64,000 nucleotides of DNA. Source: Ruditapes philippinarum (lineage: Eukaryota). Positions 22,974 to 35,899 of the stretch are shown piece by piece. The notes under the pieces are model-generated. The model searched no databases and was not told where the DNA came from. It saw nothing but the letters and a program-made list of their open reading frames with translations. Where the stretch lies: contig NW_026865674.1 in the NCBI RefSeq assembly GCF_026571515.1, positions 1 through 64,000 on the forward strand. Direction: 5' to 3'. The position numbers and the translations under genes were made by a program. The stretch's first letter is position 1, and each line of letters starts with the position of its first letter.

Positions 22974-25747
22974 TAAGAATGAGATACAGTCGATTCTGAG
23001 TTGACTTTTGTAGAGATTATATTTTATAAAAAATGAAGGTTTCATCCCCCATACACACACAAAACAAAAGTATGGGGCCACTTTGTCGCTATAAACACTG
23101 AAAATCTCCCAAAGAAATTTGGAAAAAAAGTAACGGGACTTCATTTCATGAACAATTTGATAAAGTGGACTTTTGCGTGCGTAATGAAAAAATGCAATAA
23201 AAACATAAAGTTTTGTCTGTAAAGGGAAACGCAATCACATATAAGATTAATTTAAATATATAGTGTACCGGAGTTAAAACTTGAGTTAGTTTTTTATCAG
23301 AACCATATTTGCTTACATTGATTTATACGAGTAAGGTCTTTGATACTCAATCTTTGCCAAAAAAGTTTTATTTTAGGAACAAACAAAAAATGAGAGATTT
23401 CTTTATCAAATTACTAAAAAGTAGGCTCAAAGTTGTTACTTTGACAGTACTTATCTATCCATAAAACCTTTAGAACTGTACAATTTAGCTTAATATAGTT
23501 GAGGACTGCCCATATATTCATTGTATACACTATTTCATCTATTTCACACAGTTTTGATTATTCTTAATTAACAACAACAATGTTTAACGTATCCAAAAAA
23601 ATATAATAAATAATAATGTATTCATTTATTCTGTTTGTTTGTTTTTGTTTTGTTGTTGTTGTTTTTTATTTATTTTGGAAGTATACCATAACCCGGAATG
23701 AAACCACGTTGAACCCTATGGGAATAAGTACTCAAAACAAAATAATAAATTATGATATCATCTAAAAGATAAGGAATGTTTTTCTCGGAAGAAACGAATA
23801 TTTTTCTTAGGACTAATGAGTATTGTCAGTATAACAAGTATAACTAATGTTCTACTATTAATCACTGTACAAAATCCATCATTTTGCTGAAAGCACCGTT
23901 GATGTTGTTTTTTCTTCATCCAAGAATCTTTGACACTTACAAAATAACCGTAGGAGATTTTGCTATTAATTTTAGTACTAACAAAAATCAATGTATACAT
24001 ATGTTTAAAGAAAGTTATTTTTTACATTCTTTTCTTAATGTAAATAACAATAGAATTAAATTTGCACTTTATTTATAACATTTGTTACAAGACAATTAAA
24101 AAAAACAACATTTCTCACATCTATCGTACTGTACCCTTTGTACTGAATTAGCCGTTTTTTGTCATGAATGTGTCCACTTTATGATTCATTTCAAGCTTTA
24201 ACGTGAAAATACAATTATATTCAATGACATCGGACGATTCAATCAATCAGAGTAGCATACTTATGTATATATTTTAAAGTTTAGATGACTTGTCACGTAT
24301 GTAACATCATTAGGTAGCACGCCGATTCAATGCCAATTTATTTTGCTACTGTCTGATTCAATGTTAAACATATCCGTCTAGGACATGCTACAATGTATAA
24401 GCATGTCAATTACTTCAGTCAAAAATTATTTAATTTTTATTTTGACTAATGATTTTTTTATAATAATTTGACATTGAATGAACAATATTTGAAGATAATT
24501 TGTCATCACGATCTTTGACACTATGTAACGAGAATGTCGAAATAATAAGGAAAACAACTCTTCTGAGAATGTGGAAAGTAAACGATATTAAAATCAAAAT
24601 TATCTTTTATTTGTTTGTTTAAGTTACATTAGTATTGTAAATGATAGAAATATTTACATAAAAAAAGGTAAAATAAGGTCTAAAAAGTTTGTTTCATTTT
24701 ATAAAAGTTCACATGGATATGTTTTAGTAACCATTTAAATGGAATAAGTCATAGGATAAGTCATATAAAAATATCATGTAGGTAGCGAAACGTGTTTGTA
24801 GGTCTTTAAATCATTGTTCTTCTTTAATGACTTTGTAGGATTCAATGATTTCCTATCTTAATCAATTTATAATGACGTGCCGTCCAGGGTTTGCCAGTGT
24901 GCCTTGTCCTGTCTAGTGTCCTACTGAGCTGCTTGCTGCTCCTTTTCTGTATTAAAAGCATGATTTTATCCGTGTGTTTGACCTTTAATATTTCTTTGAT
25001 ATATAAACATTTTTTTACAAGACCTTCAATCTGTGTCAGTGATAATTTTGTCTGTGAAATAGTATAAAATTATGAAATTAATGTTAATCTGTAATGCAGC
25101 TTAAATGCGCCGACATTCTATTTAACATGTTCGTTCAACTGCTGTTGTTTCATATTAGCTTGGACAATTACGCCTCCGATAAATTGCCAATGAAGATGAA
25201 CAATTACATTTTAGTTTACATCTATTATTTACGACTTTCTTTCTATATCAAGCTTTTTGAAATTGAGTTTAAAAAATGCCGTCTATTCTTTATGTAAGTT
25301 CTAACAATATTGCATGATGTGTTTAATAAATGTCAGTTATTTCCCTTTTTCTCCAGTGACTGTAAAGTATGTCTGTAGAACGGATGTGAACATAATGTAC
25401 TCTTAGTCCAATATCGAATATTGTGTAAGAATTAAGCACTTAGCAGGGTAACATTTGTTCATTCATCTGATGTTTGTTTCATTTTAAGGCGAACGAACAC
25501 AATTTTGATCATATTGCGCCGAAACAGGAAAGATGATTTCTGCTAAGCCCGATGTCTCAAAACTGAAAGTAACTACACATAACCTGCTGGAGCTAAAATA
25601 TACATAGACTTCAGAAATTTGGACTAATTTAGTCGCCTCTTACGACTTTGGTTTTCTTCGCCTTTTTATAATATGAACGGCACTTCTATTTTGCTCATGA
25701 AATGAATTATCCGTTAAAAATTAGATCAGATTTGTAACAAACATGAT

Positions 25748-25871
25748 GTTTAGCGCGGAGAAAGGTAGACTAGTACTGGTGTAACTCTCCAGGAACGATG
25801 GTTAGGAAACTACCTGCCTATATGACTGAAATACTGTTGGAAAAAGGCGTAAAATGAAACAAACAAACAAA
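25748..25871 (+). mobile_element. 5'-truncated SINE family 1
   Basis: 14-bp TSD GTAACAAACATGAT; empty sites at ~19375 and ~45250. Confidence 0.92.
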
Positions 25872-27582
25872 GTAACAAACATGATAGAAAAAGGTCGTTA
25901 GAAACTGTAAAACACGAACACGTTTTTGTACATTACGGCTAACATGATTTTCAGTTCTCATTTTAAGAAATAAATACAAGAACTAAATAAGATAAAGCAT
26001 CATCATTTCAATGCTAAACATTGAGGTATAGTCAAAAACATAATAAACGCACGGATTCGTGAAAGCGTTTAAACAAATTTGTCTAAATGCTGTCTTTATA
26101 GAAACTTAAAAAATTAGTTTGGAACAATAGTAAAAATAACATTTGCAAACAAGACGGTATCTAACTTTAAATATAATTTTGTCGAATGTACACCATAAAT
26201 GTAATCAAAAGACATTTTTACAACATGTCTATATCCGCTTATATTTTCGATAAGAGGACTGTTGTTTGAGTAAGGGTGGACTAAGTGTATTAGTTTGTTT
26301 GTTTCTTTTTAATTTCCTATATAAAGAGTTCAAATTATCTTTTTAACTAATTTTTATTTATATTTAAAACATTACCAAATGATATATTTTTACTTTTAAG
26401 TGATGAAAAATAATTCACACATTGAAACTAGAAACCATTCAATTAATAAAACGATGTAATTTCATATTTTATTATGCTGCGTTTACTGGGCCATAAGCTG
26501 TGCATAGACAATAGGCAACAGGAAATGTATTGTTTGCCAGCATTTGAATGAATAACAATATCCTATTTGGATAGGTAACATCTGAATGAACAAACGATTC
26601 ATTTTAGTCATGCTTCTTTATATCAATAGAGAATTTCATTTGTCCATAGCAATATTAAACTGCTACGATTCAGAATAATGCAACCTTATCGTTGTAAAAA
26701 AAAACAAATTTGAAAGCAAAAGAAAACACAGGTAGTTGGCAAACACTGCAGATTGTAAGACAACAATCACGTTGAATTCGGACACACTAGAGGGAAAACG
26801 GTAATAATATTATAACAAAGCACTACAGATTTTATTATACAATATGACTTGAGCATACCTATTATTTATCATTACACATAATTATTTACAGCATACATAA
26901 CATAGAGCGAGAGTGAAAATACAGACATACAAATAAAATTTGGTATTATCAGTCTTATACATGTACATTATTCATATTTTCCTTCTGATACTAAATGATT
27001 TATTACAAAATATTGCTAATTTATTGAAAGAATTTGTATATGACATACATGTAAATGTATTATTGGTATCAAACTTTGATCGATACCACTTATAGGCTTA
27101 TAAACCGTAAAGTCTTTATCAAGACAGAATCACGTTGTTTCAAAATTCTTTCTGATGTTTCTGGAAAAGTAGTGTAATTATAATTTATTTATAGTTAGTT
27201 CTTATCAATGTCATTTTTATAATATCATGTTTTGGATTGAATTGTTCTTTTAAATCCTTGGCCTTGACGGCATAACAGTTGTGAAAGAGCTTAAATTAAA
27301 ATGTTCTCTATATTGTGTAATAGGTATAAGTATTATAGACAAAAATTATCAATATTTGACACAAATAGCTTTACCTTTTGGACATTTGTTTTTAAATATT
27401 TAATATATAAATGTTTCTCTAAATTATTATTTGCATAATTATACCTTTCTTCCAGATGAAATTTATAATCTTCTTTCATATGATGACTGCTTATATTCAA
27501 TGTTTATTAACAATTACCTTGTTGTGTTTTCATTGCAATTTTTATGTTTGTTGTTTTGTGTTGTATTTTGGGCTGGAGGCCT

Positions 27583-27710
27583 ATGTTACAAGAATAAACT
27601 TTATATTCATTGCTTAGTACTTGTTGGCTCCAGGAACGGATTCGAGAGTTCGTCAATAAGCTTACAGCTTCCAACATAATCGAACTAAATAAATTTGTAT
27701 AAACTAATAA
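27583..27710 (+). mobile_element. Truncated SINE, different family (CORE-SINE-like, tentative)
   Basis: CATTGCTTAGTACTTGTTGGCTCCAGGAACGGATTCGAG..AATCGAACTAAATAAA resembles bivalve SINE bodies/tails (recalled, not searched). Confidence 0.55.
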
Positions 27711-30273
27711 ACCAATGTATTAAAAATGTATAATATCAACCAGCTCACCATTTTTTTCATTACCAGCGTCGTAAGTATGTAAACCCTAATATATTTATTG
27801 AAGAAACTGAACCTCGTCCAGTCATAGATTTTTTTTTGCTTATTTGATATAACTTACAACGTCACAGATAATTGTCTAGCACTTAAGACTCGAAAAGTGC
27901 TGAGTTGTCCGCTTATAGAGATAGGGTTGTTGAAAATAATTTTATATTTTAAAAATATAAATTTGAAAATATTTTAATAGTCTCGTTTACATTTATTGTT
28001 TTTAAAAGAAGAGATTTTTGTTTTTCAAAACAACAAGTTGATAAATATAGACTTCTACATCTGTTTGTTAGAATATTTTCCAGCCAGATTTCTGTTGTAA
28101 TTCTTCAATACCATCTATACTAGACTGATATGTCTAACATCGGATCAGACAGAAGCAAAATATTTTGACACTGAATGGACAATATTTGAAGATAATTTTT
28201 CATCACGATCCTTGACACTATGTAACAAGATTGCCCTCTATCAGATCAGAGTTTATCTTAACATCTTATGATAACAATTCTAATCAGACAGTAAAAAAAT
28301 AAGATGACGATTATTATTTTTTATTTTTATTATTTGAACTTGGAGAATATCATAAGAAAAAAAACGTATGTGGAAAATATATTTACCGTTTCTTGTACCT
28401 ATTCAGTTATTATTATCAAACGTATAACATAAACAGTACAATTACATGGCACATGCATGTTGTCGCTGTTGGGGTTCTTCTTAAGCCAGAATGAGATTGT
28501 TTACATTTGCGATGTTGCTGTTTCGGACATTCTTTAGAGATTTCTTTTGTTTCCATTTATTCCTATTTGTAATTCAAAGCATATTTACAAATATTGTGTT
28601 ACCCTTAACATTACAGGAATAGATTTTGAATCTGCATTTACATATTCTATGTCGTCTAATCAATGTCGATGTAAGACTAACCTTTTTATGGTTTTGCTGT
28701 ATTTTAATGCATTGTGAATGTTTGATTTTGATTTGTGACCCTTACCTTCAATATGCCTTTGACATATAGACACACATTAATTATATTTTTACAAGACAAT
28801 CAACCAATGTCGGTCACTTATTTTTCCATTGAAATCATATAAATTAACCTACATATGTAATAAACTTAAAATGCACCGGCCTATTATTTAACCTGTTTGA
28901 TAAACTACTGTTGTTTCCAGTTAGCGTGTAAAATTACGACTTCGATAACTTGTCAATCAAGATACCAAAAAAATTTAAGTTTAGAATACATTTATTATTT
29001 ACGACTTTGTTTCTTTTACAAGCTGTGTTAAATTGAGAAGTTATAAAACGATATTGCAGTCTATTCTTGTACATAAGTACTAACATTGTGTGAAGCAGTT
29101 TTATATTGCACGCTGTGTTTTATAAATGTCGATTATTTCCCCCTTTTGTCTTCCGTACTTGTTTAATATGTCTGTAGAACAGCGGTTTAAATAATGTACT
29201 TTTAGTGAAGTGATGAAGGTTTTTGTGAGTTTAATGTTCTTGTTTTTTCTTCTTCTTTAATTTGTTCAATCATGTGATGTTTTCAAGGGAAAATAAACTC
29301 TAACAATTTTAATCAAGATTAACATTTACATTTAATATATACGTAAAATGTATTATCTGTTTATTTACCTGATTTTTCTATATCAGACGTTCATACTTCA
29401 TCCATTTTGAAAACAGTTTTTTCCTACAGCTGTAAGAATATAAGATTATGAAATAGATTTTCTTTTGTAAGACTTTAAACTGTTAGAAAATAATATAAAT
29501 GAAACAGTGAACGTAGGAAAGCTTCATAGTCATTATGTAACAATGGAAATAATTGTTAATTTGATAACACAAATAATGTTTCAGCTTAAATATTACCAAG
29601 AACTTAGTTATTTTGTATTTGCCTTAACTGAAATGCATATTAAATTATTATTAACAGTGAATTCATATACTGAATAAGTGTTTGATATTACTATTACATT
29701 ATCAATTATCAGCTTACAGTACAGTTTGAATACAGTATAAATAAACTGCAAATCAAATTTATTTCCGCTTATTTTCCAATTAAATAATATTTTTGTAGTC
29801 ATGTTAAAAGTAGCGATCAGATAAATATATACCTATATATGTTTGCCTGATTTACTTCAATTATCACCTTTATAAACAAAATTGAAGAAACACACCCTAG
29901 TAACATAAAGCGTGATCCTGTACTACCAAAACCATGAACTGGCAACCTGTTGGTAAACAAGTGCACAAAAAGTTTAAACGTTGATTAAATGATTTAAAAG
30001 GGATTCAGTTCTAGTTTAATACTGTTTTTCCTTAAGAAATAAAATGTAATATCATCTCGTTCTGAAAAATCTTGGCGATTTTTTGCATGTTCATAATGCG
30101 GTGTTTTAAAAGTTTCTCAAATCGGAATTTTACCAATGGCACTTTCATTTTTCTCATGAAGTGATTTACTCGTTAAAATAAAATTAGATTTGTAACAAGC
30201 ATGATATAAAAAGCTCTGTTGAAACTTAAAACACGAACATTGATTTTTACACAGTCATTTAAAACTGGTTAAG

Positions 30274-31045
30274 GTTTCAAAATTCAAAAATTGTACAAGC
30301 TCATCTTAAATTTTGAATTCTGCTTACGCAGGTGCTAGGGGGCGTGGACAGTGTAGTTTGCACGTGACAGTACCGTCCATGAAGAGGCTCAATCAAACCG
30401 AGTCTGCAACATTTTCAATTTTGCCGTGTTGGGCTTTTTTGGGGGATTCTTTTTTTCTCTATTTTATCGCCACATCAACATTGTTCGTGCCGTGTGGAGG
30501 CTGTATAAAGTCGCCCGTACCTTACAGATCGTTCAGCACGACATTATTGTCGTGCTTGTGGTAATTTAGTTCTTTCTATTCGGCTGTTTTCTTGTTAGGT
30601 GGTTTCAGTATTCCTCACATGAATGCTGTGGAATAACCCTTAGGATATGCGGGCTGCTTTTTAAATTTGTCTCTTGACGTCTTATCTGTGATATGCAGAT
30701 CCCCTTTCAAACTTCTATTTTATTTAGTTCCGCCAATTGTTTTCTCGTTTAGGGCACATGCATTCTTTAACTTACGGACCATATGCTGCTTTTCATAGCA
30801 CGGCACTTATGTGTTATATTTAAGGTTCCATGATAACCCTATATGGACACATCTGCGGATGTTTCAAAATTCAAAATTGTACCAGCTCATGTTAAATGTT
30901 GAATTCTGCTTAAGGCGGTGCTAGGGGGCGTGGACAGTAGTTTGCTCTTAACAGTACCGTCCATGAACAGGCTCAATAAAACCGAGCCTTCAACATTTCA
31001 ATTTTGCTGTGTTGGGCTTTCTTTTAGGATTCTCTTTTTCTCTGT
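30274..31045. mobile_element. Unclassified insertion bounded by ~185-bp direct repeats
   Basis: 30274-30460 and 30861-31045 are direct repeats; a reverse fragment of the same repeat sits at ~18132-18180; absent from paralogs. Confidence 0.7.
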
Positions 31046-31188
31046 TGTAACATGATTTTAAGCTCTCATTCTGAAAAATGAATTTCAATAACTAAATTAG
31101 ATAAAGAATTAACATATTCATGATAAATGTTCAAATATCATATGGAATATAAAACAAACGAGCAACACCAACTTTCATGTCTTTTGAC

Positions 31189-32185
31189 GAGTCTATGACA
31201 TCTAGACCCATTGACACCTCGACCCCTTAGACTTCTCGACCCCTGACACTTAGACCCCTAAGACACTTAGACCCCTTAAATATACCAGACATTTCGACCC
31301 CTTAATTAATGTATTGTTATATTAGGAAAGACTGTGCTTTTTTAAAAATAAAAAAACAAAGTAATGACTAGGTTAGAACATTTTCAGCCGTTTATTAATT
31401 ATTTATGTATATTATTTACAAAAACAGTAACACAAAAAATATACATGTACACACATTACATTGAAATAACAATACATAGAATACGCAGACACTATCACTC
31501 TCTTTATATACATGTTTGTATTACAATATATACAATTTTTGAAACTGTATTTATGTATGTCTTATTGATAATATTTTTCCAATTACACATTTCCTTGTCT
31601 GAATGATTGATCAGGTGTTGCTTGATCTGAAGGAGCGTCACTCCAAATACTACAAGTGAACTGTACGACACTTCATCTTATTACAAAATTTCAAAAATAA
31701 AGTTATGTTTTATTGATAATACATGTATATACCATTCTAATGACCGATAATAGGATAAGTATCGGCACGCGCCGGTGTTTATCCAATTACGTGTCACTGA
31801 ATAAACACATACATGTATGACAATAAACCAGCACACAGGAGATGTATGATGATAATTTATTAAAGTCATTTTCATTTTTTTGTGGTCAAAATATGTATGA
31901 AAGTAATTAAATGTGTTTAATGTTATTTTTTGTAAATATCTGACAGACCAAGTTAATAAATATATCTTCAACTATATCATTTACCTAAAATTACTGATAT
32001 ATTATTTATAAGTCTTACAATATTTTCAAAATATATTTACGGTTCTTTAAAAGTCTAACTCGAAATGTCTTAGTCAGTAGGGGTCGAAAAGTCATCTTAC
32101 AAGGGGTCTAAGAGTCAAGGAGTCTAGATGTCATCTTAATATCCTAAGGGGTCGAGAAGTCAAGGGGTCTAGATGTCTTACTTGA
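31189..32185. mobile_element. Non-autonomous MULE/foldback-like element
   Basis: Inverted arrays of GAC..(A/C)GACCCCT at both ends; 9-bp TSD TCTTTTGAC (31180-31188, 32186-32194). Confidence 0.85.
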
Positions 32186-35100
32186 TCTTTTGACATCCTT
32201 TGTAACATAAAATATTATCTAGTCGGGAATGACTTTGAAAATTAATTTATTACAACCACAATAATGTATGACATAAACAAACGTTTTAATTATTTAAAAT
32301 ATTTTTCATCAATCTTTGAGAATTGTGTTGAACATTTTATACTTTGAATGCAGTCAATATAACCTCTTCTGGAACTTAAGGTAAACGTTTAATTAAAAAC
32401 TTCAACTTGTTCATATACAAAGTATTTTTACATATACATAATAAGCTAACCGTTAATAAAAGAAACAAACACTTGACATATATTGTTTGTTATTTAAAAC
32501 GTAAGTTAGTTAAAATGTTGGATTTGTTCAGTGGTTAACAGAAAAAAGGAGTTCATGTAGAAAGGTCAAATCGGCAAAGTAGAACATGTTGCGGGCCCTG
32601 TTTGATCGAGCCAGCCCGGCTATTATATAACATTTCCAAATATCCGGTTTCAAAATTGCCATTTTACAGCACGTCTTTTTCTTTTCACACATTTATTCAG
32701 ATTTTTACAGAAGTTACAAATTAAACAGGGAAATTGAGTTTCGATGTTCGAAATCTAATTCTGTTTTCTCAAATTATTTCCATTCCAATATTTTCCTACA
32801 AAATATGCATCATTTTAAATTTCTAGACATAAACATGACTCTTTAAAAACAAGATAAACTAAAAGCAAGTTTGATGGTACATAACGTCAAAGAATCTTAA
32901 GTATATTTACAAAAGGGGTCAATAACCTTGCAATTGCCTCACGGTAACAATTTAAGAGATAACGCCCTTTCAGACTGTGTGGAGAAAATAAGAAATAGTT
33001 TATTGAAACTGCGTCTTGTATGTGTCGTATATTTCGTGTTTAAAGAGGTTGCAATTAATTTGATTCGGAAAATCAATAAGTTGAGGGAGGATATACATAT
33101 AGTGACTGAAACTAATTAACATAGTATAGTCTCATACTAGCCTTGAAGGCATTTCAGTGATTAAGTTGACGCAACGTCTTTTCCTTCATTGGTGAGGATA
33201 AACAAAATCTTATTTTTATCTAACGGACGGTTGTTTGAGTAAGGATGGACTTAGTGTATAAGTATTTTTTTTTCAATTTCTCATATAAAGAATTCCAATT
33301 ATCTTAAATAGTTAAACATAGTTTTTATCTATATTTCATACAATACCAATTTATTTACCTTTGAGATATAAAAAATAATTCACACATTGAAACTAGAAAC
33401 AATTCAGTTATAAACGTTGTAATTTCATGTTTTATAATGCTGCATTCACTGGGCCATAATTTACAAAGGAAAATATCTATGTGGGTTAAACATTAAAATG
33501 TATTCAATTCATAATTAAAAAGTGTTTACATTAACATAAAAATAAAGAAAAAATGATCAGTTACCGTCACATTTAGTAAAGGGAAATGACACATAATTGA
33601 AGTAAAAAAGGGTCGTATCCATTATTAAAGAGTTCGTAGTACAACACAAATATCATTACTTCTTTGGCTACAACATTATATTCTGATCACATACTATTAC
33701 GCTTGTTAATAACAATGTCTGGAAGTAAATAAAAGTTGTGCGTAGACAAACGACAATAGGAAATTTATTGTTTCCCAGCATTTGAATGAATTTCAATATC
33801 CTATTTGTATACGTAACATCAGCCTTAACAAACGATTCATTTTAGTCATGCTTCTTTTATATCAATATACAGTGTCATTTGTCCATACCAATTGTGAAAT
33901 GCTACGACTCAGAATAATGCAAATATACGTTGTAAAACTACAAATTTGAAAGCAAAGGAAAACACAGACAGATGCACAAATGCTGCAGATTGTAAGACAA
34001 CAATCACGTTGAATTAAGACGCAACTAGACAGAAAACGGTAATGATATTAGGACAGAACAGAACAGATTTTATCATATAATATGATTTGAGCGCATAACT
34101 ATTATTCATCATTACACATCACTATGTACAGCATACATTGAATACAGCAAAAGTGAAAATACAGACATACAAATAACATTTGGTATTATCAGTCATATAC
34201 ATTATTCATATTTTCCTTTCTTATACTAAATGATTTATTACAAAATATAATTTCTATGTATATTGGTATCACACTTCAATCGGTGCCATTTATAGGCTTA
34301 TAACACGTAGTCTTAATCAAGAGATAGTATCATCTTGTTACTGCATTCTTTCAGATGTTTCTCGATAAGTGGAGTAAATTTTATTTATTTATAGTCTGTT
34401 AATGTAAATGTCATTTTCACAATATCCTGATTGGGATTGAAGTGTTCCTTTTAATTATTTGCCTTGACGTTAAAACAAATCTGAAAGAGCTTAGGTTGAA
34501 ATTTGTTTTATATAGTGCAATTGATCTTAGTTTTATAGACACAAATAATTAATTTTAGGCACAAAGAGCTTTCCCTTTAAGACATTCATTTCCTTTAAAT
34601 ATTTTATAACTTGTTATCTTCTTTAAAACGAAAAGATCTATTTGCATAGTCATATTTGTGTTCAATATGTAACTAATCATCTTCCTCTTTATTTGATACT
34701 ATGTGAAAACAATTTAAAGTAGATAAAATGTCTGCTTTTATCATGACGCAATTATTATACACGAGGATCGCTTACTTTTCCGCTATCCTTCAATTGGGAC
34801 CGTTTTCAACATTAAAAGTTTTAAGATTCGAGTTTAAATGTTAAAATAAAAATCCCTGACTAAATATTAAAGGTAAAAAGGTATAATGAATTCCATACTT
34901 ACAAAATACACATCTGATTTGAGTCTAAGATTCCAATGTTTGGATAAATAATTAACGCATTTTTAAGGACGGAAAAAGCGTATCATATTTAGCGCTCTCA
35001 GAACAATCAAACAGGTCATTCAACAGGCTGTCACTGCCTTATGATAGAAATAACAAGGTCATCACAATAACATCTAAATAAGAATGTTAATAAAACCACT

Positions 35101-35899
35101 AGATTACAAAAAACAACACCATTTCTATCTTAATAAAAAGTATAGAATTTTTTCTGTACTTTTATGATCTTGCACTTGTACATTCGGTGAATCTTAATAA
35201 CTAAGTCCATGGCAAGACATTGTCAACATTCATATATGTAAGGTCGAAGTATATCCAGATAGCAATCAACTTTGACGAATATAAGGTACAAATATAAGAT
35301 GTAAAACTATCCATTGAAACTACTTGATATTCACTCGCATCAGTAACATATACAAACGGACTTTTAAACGACACTTAATATGTTCAATTGTAAGTTGTAC
35401 TGTTTAACATTTTCTGATAATTACTAAATCACACAGTAATAATAACATAAACGACGTATTTTTGATCATTTTGGCCATCACGATATGTGGCACCATGCAA
35501 GTAGACAGTCCTCATCAGATTGACATCTTACAATAGTAACTTTGATGAGAAAAAGAAAACTTAGATAATGTTCCATTTACAACATTATAATTGTCCTTAT
35601 GTCATATAATGTAGTTATTATAGATTTTATTCGAAAATATAAAATGCAAAGTTTACAAAAGTGATTTTTGAAGATAAAAATAAGTCCAGCCTAAATCTAG
35701 TTACTTTCAACGATTTAAGTTTTTCACAATGAAAATTATACTTGCATATTACATACACTGTAATGGTATTTTATGAGGTGAAGTACAAAACTGAATTCTT
35801 TTTAACAAAATATGATAGACTGGATCAACAAGGAAAGGCGGCGTTCAAAGAACGCAACCCCCATAACAAGAACAAATTTTGATTAATGTACAACTGTCA

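Larger units (their letters stand above)
22505..27480 (-). repeat. Segmental duplication copy B1 (inverted)
   Basis: Reverse complement of ~42940-47950 (with deletions) and of ~17950-21150; 26255-27480 also matches 33225-34680 directly. Confidence 0.92.
28130..34690 (-). repeat. Segmental duplication copy B2 (inverted, more diverged, multiply interrupted)
   Basis: Collinear reverse-complement matches to A1/A2, e.g. 28135-28290 vs 21010-21180 and 32730-34690 vs 42940-44720. Confidence 0.88.

Noticed and set aside
23815-23840. miR-12 / miR-8 homolog (TGAGTATT.., TAAGTATTGTCAG..)
   Set aside because: Only seed-level resemblance; the seed differs between copies and the rest does not match.
35826-35865. 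Shared ACAAGGAA(A/G)G..CG(C)A motif also at ~53762 and ~54965(-) as a regulatory element
   Set aside because: Most simply short end fragments of a HINE-like dispersed repeat; too short to call.
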